58,976 nt of DNA. Source: an uncultured Thermodesulfobacteriota bacterium. Lineage in GTDB: Bacteria; Desulfobacterota; GWC2-55-46; JADFVP01. The translations under genes and the position numbers were made by a program. Below, piece after piece: positions 19,264-28,470 of this stretch. Each line of letters opens with the position of its first letter. Position 1 is the first letter of the stretch. The notes beneath the pieces were generated by a model. The model ran no database searches and had not been told where the DNA came from. It worked only from the letters and a program-made list of their open reading frames with translations. Where the stretch lies: positions 1 through 58,976 of the forward strand of contig CAZMKZ010000005.1 in assembly GCA_964567185.1 (NCBI GenBank), given 5' to 3'.

Positions 19264-20936
19264 CTTGTCACCCTGGGGTTGTTGTTGTCCTGCGTTACCG
19301 TAGCCTTCTCTGAATCAGCCTGCACTATTGGAGCTCCCCCTCCGCCGTATCTTGACACATCAAACCTTGGCGACCCTGCCAGAGAAGCGGGAGAAAGCTT
19401 ACCAATAAGCACGGGGGCTCCGGTCATGGAAAAGACACCGGAAAATGAACCGCCGCAGGAGATAGTTTCATGAATATCGCCGCCTGAGAGCAAGACGGAT
19501 AAAGACGAGCCGTGGAGACCGTACCCCATGGCAACCCCTCCGGCAAAGGTGGATAACACGTCCACCTGCCCGGAGATATAATTCGCAGGTCTGCCAGTTA
19601 TAGCGGCCGTTAAAAAAGAGACTCCGCTGACGGCTCCTTGCAGGCTCCTAAAAACTCCGGAGCTCGCAGAAAGAATTGAGACACCAGCTATGGGGCCGCT
19701 CACGAGGCGAATAAGACCGGCCTTGCCGTTAAATGCGGAGATGGCCTTTATGCTGCCTGCAAGGGCGGTAAGCGCGGTGGTGGTAACAGCGCCGGAAAAG
19801 AGGGATACCCCATTTAGAGTCCCGCTTAGAGTCCTCTGCATAAGGGCGCTTGCAGATTGAAAGGAGACCCCGGCTATCGTTCCCGCGGCGCTTGAACCAA
19901 GTCCCGCAAGTCCTGCAACGCTTGAGACGGAGGCCGCGGTGCCGCCCACAACAAGATCACGAATGAGTGCACCGTAGTACGCAGAGCTTCCTATCGTATT
20001 ACCGGACACAGGTATACTGCCGCCGCCTGCCACATACTCATCGGCCCCGATGTCCCAGGGGGCAGTGCGAAGTTGCCCTTCTATGTCATCAGTGAACGTA
20101 GCGGAAAGGTCTGCGCCAAAGTCCCTTGCTCCCGTATCCGTAGCGGCAAGGTGCAGGTCACGGTTGACTGCGTCTACGAAGGTGAAGGTCTGGCTGACTC
20201 TGTCATTGGCCCCGCCTGTGGATGTGGCGTCATCCGAGGCGTTGTAACCGCTTGTGGCAGCGGGAGTACCTGTAAAATTTGTCCTGTTATTGGTCGCACC
20301 CAGATTATTCTTTAATTCAAAATTTGTAGTGCTTATCTTGAAACCATACTGGCAGTCGTAAACAGTATTGTTATAGGCGTAACTACCCGCACCGGAACTT
20401 GGTATCTCAATTCCGCCGTTCCACCCCCTGTGAAACCCGTAGATAATATTGTTCCAGGCCTTTATTAGGGCCGAGGTGGCACTGGTACCAGTGGATATGC
20501 CTGAAGTTGTAAGGGTGTTCAGCTGGCCGTCAAGTATATTGTCGGCAAGATGAAATTCTGAGATACCGGGGAATGAAATGTATATGGCATTCCTGCCATA
20601 TACGGTAGATGAGACCCTTATCTGAAGACCTATTACACGCACATGGTCGTCAGACAACACAAGAGCATCTGCATCCACAACTGTAAGATTATACTTTGCG
20701 GCATCCCACTTGCCGTTGTGCCTCTCGGAAAGTGGTGTGCGTATCTCAACATAGTGTGCGGCGTCCGTGGTAAAGCCGTTGATCGTTACAGCCGTGGTGT
20801 CCTGCATGGAGTAGCACTCGGCAACGGCTATCTCGTTGAGGGTAACGAGGTCTCTCTGCTCTCCCGCTTCCCACGCTGAAAGCGACGTATAATCACCGCC
20901 GGAGGGCTTTATTGTCTTTATTACGATTGTCGCCAT
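19260..20936 (-). CDS. Head fibre/decoration protein with beta-helix domain and G/S/A/T-rich repeats
   Basis: GDYTSLSAWE, NNIIY/NNTVY turns, WDIGADE, then ~20-aa GxIxGVS repeats. Confidence 0.6.
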   Translation of the reverse strand: MATIVIKTIKPSGGDYTSLSAWEAGEQRDLVTLNEIAVAECYSMQDTTAVTINGFTTDAAHYVEIRTPLSERHNGKWDAAKYNLTVVDADALVLSDDHVRVIGLQIRVSSTVYGRNAIYISFPGISEFHLADNILDGQLNTLTTSGISTGTSATSALIKAWNNIIYGFHRGWNGGIEIPSSGAGSYAYNNTVYDCQYGFKISTTNFELKNNLGATNNRTNFTGTPAATSGYNASDDATSTGGANDRVSQTFTFVDAVNRDLHLAATDTGARDFGADLSATFTDDIEGQLRTAPWDIGADEYVAGGGSIPVSGNTIGSSAYYGALIRDLVVGGTAASVSSVAGLAGLGSSAAGTIAGVSFQSASALMQRTLSGTLNGVSLFSGAVTTTALTALAGSIKAISAFNGKAGLIRLVSGPIAGVSILSASSGVFRSLQGAVSGVSFLTAAITGRPANYISGQVDVLSTFAGGVAMGYGLHGSSLSVLLSGGDIHETISCGGSFSGVFSMTGAPVLIGKLSPASLAGSPRFDVSRYGGGGAPIVQADSEKATVTQDNNNPRVTR

Positions 20937-21457
20937 CAGGCCTTGACTCCTGTTATCTTATCTTTCAGGGCTATGCGAAGTTGAGTGAACGGGATGACGG
21001 CCCTGCCGTTGCCCGTTAACGCAGTAAATTTAGCAGATGGAAGCATACCGAGAACCACGCCCCACCGCCGCCTTGTGTGAGAACGCATGACATGCCCGGT
21101 AAGGGTTATTGTGGGCACGTCTTTTTTCTTTTCACGGTCATACCGCTTGCCACGTTTGCCCTCCGAGGGCAAGTCAATAAAATCCCCGTGGTCGCCTTTT
21201 GCCTTTCTTTCGCGCCACTCAACCGCGTCAATCTCACGTGTCTCCACCTCAGGGACTTCGTGGACCACAAGAAACTGCTCCATCCGCGCTACAGCCCTGT
21301 CCGTGCGTATCACGGCAAAGTCCGGCAAAGCCTCTGAGATACCCCACGGATGACCGTCTGGCATGACCACCACAATGTCGCCCCGCTTATACATCATCCT
21401 GTCTTTTGCGGGGTAGGCGTGAGTATTGTTCTTGAGACGTATCAGTAGCTCCGCCAT
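20936..21457 (-). CDS. Phage hypothetical protein
   Basis: MAELLI..YKRGDIVVVMPDGHPWG..E; TGATG-coupled to the next gene. Confidence 0.7.
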   Translation of the reverse strand: MAELLIRLKNNTHAYPAKDRMMYKRGDIVVVMPDGHPWGISEALPDFAVIRTDRAVARMEQFLVVHEVPEVETREIDAVEWRERKAKGDHGDFIDLPSEGKRGKRYDREKKKDVPTITLTGHVMRSHTRRRWGVVLGMLPSAKFTALTGNGRAVIPFTQLRIALKDKITGVKA

Positions 21458-21460
21458 GGC

Positions 21461-21853
21461 TTAATCCAGGGTAGCCGAGAGCTGGCCTATGTCAAACTTC
21501 ACGGTGTCTCCGTTGCCAACGGCCTTTGAGACAGTGAGTATCCCGGAGGCCAGCAAATTGCCCGCCGTTGCCGCGTCAAAGACAGCAAAGTGAGTAACCG
21601 TGCCCCATGAGGCCGTTGCCTGAGGAAAAGTCAGGGCATTGGCGTTGCTGATAGCACCGGCCGCCGCCGCGTTCCAGTCAACCGCGGTTGTGGCCACCCT
21701 TGCGTATGCCCCGCCTGCGGGCTCGGCAAGCCCCGCGCCGGTATCAAGGGGGTCTGCAGTGGACAAGCCAACATAGGCCGTTGGCATGGTATAAGCCGCC
21801 TTTCCGAATACATGGTCAAGCACTTTAAGCTCAAGATAATCTGAAAAAGACAT
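21461..21853 (-). CDS. Phage structural protein (putative fibre base/decoration)
   Basis: MSFSDYLELKVLDH..YVGLSTADP..GGAYAR..WGTVTH..DAATAGNLL, resembling a widespread virion protein family. Confidence 0.7.
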   Translation of the reverse strand: MSFSDYLELKVLDHVFGKAAYTMPTAYVGLSTADPLDTGAGLAEPAGGAYARVATTAVDWNAAAAGAISNANALTFPQATASWGTVTHFAVFDAATAGNLLASGILTVSKAVGNGDTVKFDIGQLSATLD

Positions 21854-22151
21854 GTCTTATTCTCCTCTCTGTAATCTGTTATGCAAGGCAACCTGTACCC
21901 GCCTTGCGAAGGTATGCCGTAAGGACCTCCCATAAAAGGGTCTCGCCTTTTTTCCGCTCCTATGCCAGGTCCGTCTTTCTCTTATCCGCTCTCATGGCCC
22001 CCTGAATCACCCTTTTTTCAATCTCCCTGAGGGCCTTTCCTTCAGGGGCCCTGCCTGTATTTTTTTCAACATGACTGCACATGCGGGCTATTACCCTTTC
22101 TACCGCCTTTTTTTGCTTCAATATCCAACCCCCCTCTTTTTACTAAACCCC

Positions 22152-22343
22152 TTACAGCCGCTTCTCACTTTTTTTCGGCCTTGCCGGACGGGCCGGTTTT
22201 ATCGAGGTCCTTTTCTTCTTCTTGTCGTCAAGGGGTTTCAGCCCCCTTCGGATGCACTCCTCGACCTCAAAGGCGCTTCGCGCCGCTATGGTAATGGCCG
22301 TGCCGTCCTTCATGTAAGTGCCGCTATGGAACCACGTTTCCAT
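22152..22343 (-). CDS. Small basic hypothetical protein
   Basis: GAGGTGG RBS; overlaps the upstream stop; Lys-rich tail. Confidence 0.55.
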   Translation of the reverse strand: METWFHSGTYMKDGTAITIAARSAFEVEECIRRGLKPLDDKKKKRTSIKPARPARPKKSEKRL

Positions 22344-22818
22344 TTACCACCTCTTTTGATTTTTTGTAGGCCTCGATTACCTTTTTATTGAGCCTCGCCT
22401 CCGGGACAAGCCCCTTTGCCTTTACCTTTCCAAGGCCGAGGTGCTCTCTTACCTCTGCCCCCATAAGCTCTTCGGAAATGGGTTCCGCGGGGTCAAGAAA
22501 AGCCCCTCCCGGAAAGTTTATCCCGGCGTCCCTGAGTCCCTGATGAGCCCTCAGGCTAACTTCCATACGCCGCAGAAGCTCCGTGGAAACGGGTTTCAAG
22601 GGGACCCATTTATCCCGCCAGTATCTAAGGGCGGCCTCCTTTAAATCCGTTACCCTTACGGTCTGAATAAGGCGAACGCCGCCGTTATATTCCGTAAACT
22701 GTCTGTTCCACATCCAGAAATCTCGCAGTAGCTCGCCCTGCCACGCTATGCCTCCCCTTACATCCGAGGCGAGAGAATAAAAACCCTTTTTCATTGGTCT
22801 TGCGCTATTAGCGGCCAT
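22324..22818 (-). CDS. Phage hypothetical protein
   Basis: ATG 22818 after the capsid hairpin; 164 aa. Confidence 0.6.
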   Translation of the reverse strand: MAANSARPMKKGFYSLASDVRGGIAWQGELLRDFWMWNRQFTEYNGGVRLIQTVRVTDLKEAALRYWRDKWVPLKPVSTELLRRMEVSLRAHQGLRDAGINFPGGAFLDPAEPISEELMGAEVREHLGLGKVKAKGLVPEARLNKKVIEAYKKSKEVVNGNVVP

Positions 22819-22838
22819 CTCTTTATCCCCCGTAAATG

Positions 22839-22869
22839 TGTGGGAGGGGCTTTTGGCCCCTCGCCACAT
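22839..22869 (-). terminator. Stem-loop downstream of capsid gene
   Basis: TGTGGCGAGGGGC-CAAAA-GCCCCTCCCACA. Confidence 0.55.
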
Positions 22870-22888
22870 GACCAGAGCAAGGATCTTC

Positions 22889-23752
22889 TTACTCGTGGGC
22901 AGTTATTATCTTTACTCCGCCACCGGCGTCAGGGTTTACACAGCCATGACCATACACGGCGGTTACGACTACCTCTGTAGCCCGGAGCGATGCGTCCCTC
23001 TGCAGCTCGGTCTTGGCCCCGGTCTTAAGGACAAAGGCAAGCCCGGACTGGTTGCCCATGGGCATCATCACGCCCTGCCTGTCAACATTGACGTTGACAG
23101 AGGCGCAGTTTGTGGACTGGAAGATATCCACGCCGTAAAGGCTTGCCATGGCGCCTATATCGCCGGCAGGAGCCGAGGCGCCTCCCCAGACAGCGCCTGT
23201 GGTGGCCGCCAGGCCAAGCCTCAGGTCATGCACCTGCTTGGGGTGGAGAACCGCCACAAAGGGACCGCTCGCGTTGCCCAACTCCAGGGTATAAAGGGCC
23301 TCAAGGAAGTTGGTCTCCGTGATGGGGACACCTGTGGTGCCCACCGTATTGGTGAAACTCGATACGGCAAAGAGCAGGTCGCCGTCTATCTTGCCGGCAA
23401 GGGATTTGCCAAGCTCCGCCGCGTATGGCTCAAGACCGCCGAGTACGGAACTGTTGAGGAGCATATCCGTCACCGTTATCATGATGCCCGCCTCATCTGC
23501 GGTAATACTCGTAGATGTGGTATTGACGGCGGTGTTGCTCATGTCCGTGGCCTCTGTAAGGTCAGCGGCGGCAAGCATGGGCCACTTCGGAAAATCCACG
23601 GTAAGAGTGCTGTCTCCGCTTATATCCGCCAGCCTTACAAGGGGCGGCATCACGGAGTCTGCATATGCCGCGTCTATTACAAGCCTTGAGACTATCTCGG
23701 CGGCTATGAGTTCGCCGGCGCTAAGCGCGGCGGAAGTTACTTCGTTTGCCAT
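22889..23752 (-). CDS. Major capsid protein (compact HK97-fold, no delta domain)
   Basis: 287 aa after the scaffold; TVDFPKW, AVLHPKQVHDL, YGVDIFQS, ELQRDA..AVYG; AGGAGG RBS. Confidence 0.85.
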   Translation of the reverse strand: MANEVTSAALSAGELIAAEIVSRLVIDAAYADSVMPPLVRLADISGDSTLTVDFPKWPMLAAADLTEATDMSNTAVNTTSTSITADEAGIMITVTDMLLNSSVLGGLEPYAAELGKSLAGKIDGDLLFAVSSFTNTVGTTGVPITETNFLEALYTLELGNASGPFVAVLHPKQVHDLRLGLAATTGAVWGGASAPAGDIGAMASLYGVDIFQSTNCASVNVNVDRQGVMMPMGNQSGLAFVLKTGAKTELQRDASLRATEVVVTAVYGHGCVNPDAGGGVKIITAHE

Positions 23753-23821
23753 AGGAAAACCTCCTTAAAAAAACAAAGACAAAAAATCTGAATTACGTGA
23801 TCCCGGCAACCCGCCGTGTGG

Positions 23822-24499
23822 TTACCTCCCGGTGGAGCCAAAACGCCTCTTCCTCGCATCGAGGAATGGGTTCTTGACATCCCTGAACCTGTAAACCTGC
23901 CCGGCGGAGCCATGTACGTTGATACCCTCGCGGAGATACCTGTCCAGGTCTTCACGTGGCATGGACTTCCATGAGGAGGGGTCGCCGAGACTGCGGGTAC
24001 GGCCATTGCCATGGTCGAATCCGGCACCATGGGAGCCAGCGCCGCTGCCGCCGGCGGACCTCAGGTGATGTGGCCTGTCGCTTAGCCACTGGGAGAGAAA
24101 GTCGTCCATTCCAACAGGATATCCCGCGTCATTTATCTTCGCGGAACCCGATGAATTGACAACGATGACATGGCCCTCGTCGTCCATTCTTACCCTGTCC
24201 TCAAGGAGCTTGACAATCTCCTCGCCGTCTACGACGTTGTACTTTGAGACGGCCTTGAGGAGGGCCAGCTTCTTCTTCTCCTCCTTCAGTCCCTCTATCT
24301 CACGGCGGAGCCCCTCAACATCCTCACCCGATGAACGTGTCCTCTGGGCCTTGGCAAAGGCCTTTCTGTAGGAATCGTCTATGAGCTCCTGAACCCTTGC
24401 CTGCTGCTCGCTGTTAAAGACGACCCTGCCTGAAGCGTTCTCCGAACCGTTGTCATAGCTCTCACCTTTTTCCGGCGTCTTTATCTCACTGCTCTGCAT
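23822..24499 (-). CDS. Capsid scaffolding protein
   Basis: AGGAGG RBS before ATG 24499; coiled coil, RPHHL..GGSGAGS linker; sits between portal and capsid. Confidence 0.75.
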   Translation of the reverse strand: MQSSEIKTPEKGESYDNGSENASGRVVFNSEQQARVQELIDDSYRKAFAKAQRTRSSGEDVEGLRREIEGLKEEKKKLALLKAVSKYNVVDGEEIVKLLEDRVRMDDEGHVIVVNSSGSAKINDAGYPVGMDDFLSQWLSDRPHHLRSAGGSGAGSHGAGFDHGNGRTRSLGDPSSWKSMPREDLDRYLREGINVHGSAGQVYRFRDVKNPFLDARKRRFGSTGR

Positions 24500-24619
24500 A
24501 CTGAATCCTCCTGTGATTTGTCCCCCGTTACAGCGCCCCTTGCAATTGATAAGGGATAACCCTCTTCTGAAAAAGGACGCCTGCCGCGCCACGGGGTATG
24601 AAACACGGCACCTGCCAAC

Positions 24620-24892
24620 TCACAGCAACGTCTTCGTTGCCCCGCTCAAAAAATCAAGCGTCTTTTTCTTGTCCATTAACGCCCTGACGACGCGCTGGCA
24701 AACATGGGACTTATCGGTAAAAGATAGTTTTCGCCAGTCCTCTTTGTCAACGGACGCCAGTATGGCCCTTCGGGCCTCTTCCCAGATACTCCTGGTAATT
24801 CCGTATGCCTGCGGGAGTTCAATCCCGTAGCAACCTGAAAGCCTCTTTGCCGTGCTCAAGGCATCTATATCAGGGTAGCTGTCTTTTTTCAT
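24620..24892 (-). CDS. Hypothetical protein
   Basis: GGAGG RBS before ATG 24892; 90 aa. Confidence 0.55.
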   Translation of the reverse strand: MKKDSYPDIDALSTAKRLSGCYGIELPQAYGITRSIWEEARRAILASVDKEDWRKLSFTDKSHVCQRVVRALMDKKKTLDFLSGATKTLL

Positions 24893-24941
24893 ACCACTTC
24901 CTCCCGTCTCAACGAGGCTCTCCCGGTTCTTCATGGACCCC

Positions 24942-26294
24942 TTACACCCCCCCATCTATCTCTCCCATTATCCTGCTCTTGAGGGCCTCATCCGCCTTGG
25001 GCAGGATTGTAGAGGCTATCTTTTTCTGCAATTCTTTTTTGAAGGTAACTGAATCCACTACCGCGGACTGCGCCTTAATGGCGTTGTCAAGGTCCCTTGC
25101 CATGTCTTTAACCGAAAAGTCATCGGGGTAGTCGATAAGCCCCTCGAAGCGGCCCCCCGACCATCTTGCCCAGAGGTCAAGCACAGAGGACTCGGCCTGC
25201 TCGATGTTATCGGCCTTCTCGCTCAAGGTTGCGTATAACTGCTGATACTCAAGCTCAATGGCCACACCGGACCTCATACGCGAAAAGTCCTCCGCTGTCT
25301 TCACGCCCCCGAGCTTGGCTATCCTGTGTATCTCGCCGATGTCTTGCCTTACCCACTCGCGTATCTCCGTAAGAGATGAGTGCGGGGGTTCAAGCCAGTA
25401 TGGTTTGGCGTTGGGTTCGGTTGGGTCGTACTGAAGTATGTTCCTCGGGCCTATCTCCCTATCTTCCTCACCGCCGGCCTTGCCGTATGGCATGGCCAGC
25501 ATGGGAAAGGCCGTGTTCTCTATAATCTCCTTGGCGTCGCTGCAGAGGTAATATATGTTCTTGTTGATATCGGCTATGTCCTGAAGGTCTGAGCTTCCAA
25601 CCATCCTTATGCCGGACCTCTTGTTGTAGAGATTCACCACGGGCACCACGCCGAGGTTGTGCTCGCCAAACCCCCGCAGGCGGACGTCTCCGCTCTCTTT
25701 TTCAACCTCCCAGAGTTCCCAGAGTTCTCTTGTCCAGATGCGGTACCTCCCTTCCCCCTCCTTTATCTTTACCCTCTCCAGCACGGGTTTACCCGAAGGG
25801 AGCCTCGTAAAGGACCAGTCAAGCATATTCTCCGGGGTTATAAGGGTCACATAGGGGCGAATGTCATCGCCTATGGCCTCGGCCCGTGTCATGGCGTAGT
25901 TTTCCGGGCTATCCACCACAATGGATACCCTGCCGTAAACCGAGGCAAACCTCTGGGCGTCGCGCATGAACTGGGCGAAGTTGGAGCCCTCGTGGTCCGC
26001 GTCGCGCAAAAAAGAATTAAAGAGCGGGTCAGTGGCAAGGCTACCGTAGTCCCTTCTCGCGCTCCTTCTGAACAGATGGGATACGAATATATCCACGATG
26101 GGGCCGCAGTAATTGTAATAATAGGCAATCTCCTTGCGGCGCCTGTAATTTGCGGCGCTCTCAAAGGGATGCTGAAGGAGATAATCGGCCTTCTTGTAGA
26201 GGATGCCTCCAAGATAAGACCTTATGTAGAATATCCATTCATTTACCCAGGCGTCGTAATGCGGATGTGTTTTCTCAAGCTCTTCTAAAGTCAT
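24942..26294 (-). CDS. Portal protein (SPP1/DUF4055-like)
   Basis: 450 aa; HPHY..W..YLGG..YL.HP.ES..YRRR..AYYYN, HNLGVVPVV, SGVA, YPDDF; follows terminase. Confidence 0.88.
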   Translation of the reverse strand: MTLEELEKTHPHYDAWVNEWIFYIRSYLGGILYKKADYLLQHPFESAANYRRRKEIAYYYNYCGPIVDIFVSHLFRRSARRDYGSLATDPLFNSFLRDADHEGSNFAQFMRDAQRFASVYGRVSIVVDSPENYAMTRAEAIGDDIRPYVTLITPENMLDWSFTRLPSGKPVLERVKIKEGEGRYRIWTRELWELWEVEKESGDVRLRGFGEHNLGVVPVVNLYNKRSGIRMVGSSDLQDIADINKNIYYLCSDAKEIIENTAFPMLAMPYGKAGGEEDREIGPRNILQYDPTEPNAKPYWLEPPHSSLTEIREWVRQDIGEIHRIAKLGGVKTAEDFSRMRSGVAIELEYQQLYATLSEKADNIEQAESSVLDLWARWSGGRFEGLIDYPDDFSVKDMARDLDNAIKAQSAVVDSVTFKKELQKKIASTILPKADEALKSRIMGEIDGGV

Positions 26295-26344
26295 GTGACC
26301 TCTTTTTTTGTTTGTTTGCCTTCACCTGTTTTATGGTCGTGGTC

Positions 26345-27640
26345 TTACTTGTAAAACCTTCTCAAAGGGTCGAACCTCTTGCTTTGAAGAGGAAATTCAT
26401 ACTCGATAAAATACCCGAGGGCGTCTGTGGCATGAGTCCTCTCAGGGTTTGTCTTGTCTATATCCACACCGGAGCCGCTCCATACCACGCTCTCAAAATC
26501 TTTTTTCAGGTGCATGCACCGGGGATGATGAAAAAGACGGCACTCGTCCCTGGTATTTTCAAGCATGCTGTTTACGGCGTTCACCCTGTCTCTTACCGGC
26601 GGATTCCTGCGTTTAATCCTCTGCCTCGCAAGGCCAAGCTCGGAAAGAAGCACATAGTCCGTCTTACCCGTAGTACTGCGCGCCGAGCCCGCGGAGTCTC
26701 CATAGACAACTACCCCGGCCTCATGACGACCGTATCTTTTTAAAAACTCACGGCCCATCTCAACTGTATTGGTATTATGAAGGACTATCTCATCAAAGAC
26801 CCAAACCCTTCTGCCGTCCGTCTGCGCGAGGACCCATACGCAGGGGTCTACGTTAAAGTCACAGCAGACGATGATGGGCAGGTTTTCATCGCGCCTTATA
26901 CCGCTGTCCACGTGCCTCTGGGCGCGATATGCGTAATAGACCCGTTCCGTAGCGCCCTCGAAACTCGCCTCATACTCCTGACGGAAGGTCTTCGGGTCCA
27001 GTATCCTTCTTGCGGACTCTATCTCACCGGTGGGCAGGATATCGCTGGAATTCCACCTGTAAAACCCCCAGTCCGGGTCCTGTCCGGAGCGCGCGTAATC
27101 GGCAAGGTCCTTAAAGTGATTAAACCCCTCCGGAACCCCTATGAACCAGCACCACCCCTGCCTGTCCGATAGCGCCGGCCTTACGTTTTCCGTCCATGCC
27201 GTTGCCTTCATATCGGCGTACTCATCAAGGACTCCACCGTCCCAGGCAATGCCCTCTATCCTCTGGGGCCTGTCAAGTCCAACGACCCAGAGCTCGCTTG
27301 AAAATCGCGTCTTAATGCACATATCGCTCTCGTAAACCTTGCCCACCCACTTCGACGGCACAAGGGCCTTGAGGTCCGCCCAGAATATCCTCTTTGCCTG
27401 GTCCCTTGTGGGGGCCGCGGCAAAGTACCGGGGCGGGCTCCATGTTTTTTTATCGGCAAGGGTCATGACAAGCCTTCTCTTGGCGAGTTCGGTTTTGCCG
27501 GAGCGTCTTCCGGCGGTGACCACGCAAAAGCGTTTATTCTCATTCCATAGCCGTATCTGTTCGCGATGGCGCCGTAAGGGATGCCATCTCCTCGATAATC
27601 TCCTGAGTATCACCGGTGTTGAACCCACCTTCGATGGCAT
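26345..27640 (-). CDS. Terminase large subunit
   Basis: Walker A AGRRSGKT, Walker B VLDE, FRQEYEASF, nuclease DFN..YGDSAG..HATDALGY. Start uncertain (27640 or 27679). Confidence 0.95.
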   Translation of the reverse strand: MPSKVGSTPVILRRLSRRWHPLRRHREQIRLWNENKRFCVVTAGRRSGKTELAKRRLVMTLADKKTWSPPRYFAAAPTRDQAKRIFWADLKALVPSKWVGKVYESDMCIKTRFSSELWVVGLDRPQRIEGIAWDGGVLDEYADMKATAWTENVRPALSDRQGWCWFIGVPEGFNHFKDLADYARSGQDPDWGFYRWNSSDILPTGEIESARRILDPKTFRQEYEASFEGATERVYYAYRAQRHVDSGIRRDENLPIIVCCDFNVDPCVWVLAQTDGRRVWVFDEIVLHNTNTVEMGREFLKRYGRHEAGVVVYGDSAGSARSTTGKTDYVLLSELGLARQRIKRRNPPVRDRVNAVNSMLENTRDECRLFHHPRCMHLKKDFESVVWSGSGVDIDKTNPERTHATDALGYFIEYEFPLQSKRFDPLRRFYK

Positions 27641-28022
27641 CAAGACCCCAGGCCTGTCTTTGCCCCTTGACCACGACACTTAATATGTCTCCCGCAAGCT
27701 TTACCACCTTCAGACGTGCAAGGCCCTCTTCAGGTTTTTGTTTTTTAAGACCACACTCCAACCTTTTACTCACCAGCGCCCAGAGCCTGCGGTGTTGCCC
27801 GGCAATCTCCTCCGCGTCCTCAAGGGGCTTCGAATCCTTCGGCCCCGGGGCCTCTTTAAGACTTTGGGAGTGCTTTTTGTCTCCCACTTTCCCGCCGCCT
27901 GCCGCCCTTTGCTCCACGGCCTCATGCTCAAGATCGAGTAGCAATTTGCGAACATCACCGGCCGCCAGTTCGCCTTTGGAAGGTGCCGCAGGGGAAATAA
28001 CTTCGCTTGCCTCTATCATCAC
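27540..28022 (-). CDS. Probable terminase small subunit
   Basis: Directly upstream of terL; helical core HRRLW...GQRQAWGLD. Confidence 0.65.
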   Translation of the reverse strand: MMIEASEVISPAAPSKGELAAGDVRKLLLDLEHEAVEQRAAGGGKVGDKKHSQSLKEAPGPKDSKPLEDAEEIAGQHRRLWALVSKRLECGLKKQKPEEGLARLKVVKLAGDILSVVVKGQRQAWGLDAIEGGFNTGDTQEIIEEMASLTAPSRTDTAME

Positions 28023-28024
28023 GC

Positions 28025-28210
28025 CTAAATCTCCTCAAGGCCGTCGTGGTCTGTGCATCTTCCAAGCGGATAGAGACTGATAAAGACCCTGCCGCACTCA
28101 AGACACCTCTCGGGCTCTCTCAGGAGGACCCTTTTGCGTCCAAACTGACGGTGTTTGAACCAATCAAGCCCGCCGGAACAATCAGTATCAAGACCGGAAA
28201 CGTCGCTCAT
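28025..28210 (-). CDS. Small putative zinc-finger protein
   Basis: GGAGG RBS; CLECGR...CTDH. Confidence 0.6.
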   Translation of the reverse strand: MSDVSGLDTDCSGGLDWFKHRQFGRKRVLLREPERCLECGRVFISLYPLGRCTDHDGLEEI

Positions 28211-28339
28211 AGATGTAACCTCCCGATGTATTTTTTACCGCGCATACACTATGGTGTTTTTTTTCTACCCCTTCCGCCCTATGGCCTTGTTTTATCAGTA
28301 CAAAGAGGGCAAAATTATTCTACCCCCTGAGCCCGAGAC

Positions 28340-28375
28340 AAAAAAAAGGCCGCCCGGGTTGATACCCGCGCGGCC
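28340..28375 (-). terminator. Intrinsic terminator separating regulator from structural operon
   Basis: GGCCGCGCGGG-TATCAA-CCCGGGCGGCC followed by U8. Confidence 0.8.
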
Positions 28376-28470
28376 TCGATGCGCCGTTATTCCTGACTGA
28401 GTTTTTAAATAAAATCAGGTCTTGAATACATCATCCATAAGATTCCGTTCTCATCTTCAGAAGAAAAAAA

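Noticed and set aside
9195-21853. Diversity-generating retroelement or invertible tail-fibre cassette
   Set aside because: No reverse transcriptase or invertase, and no template/variable repeat pair noticed.
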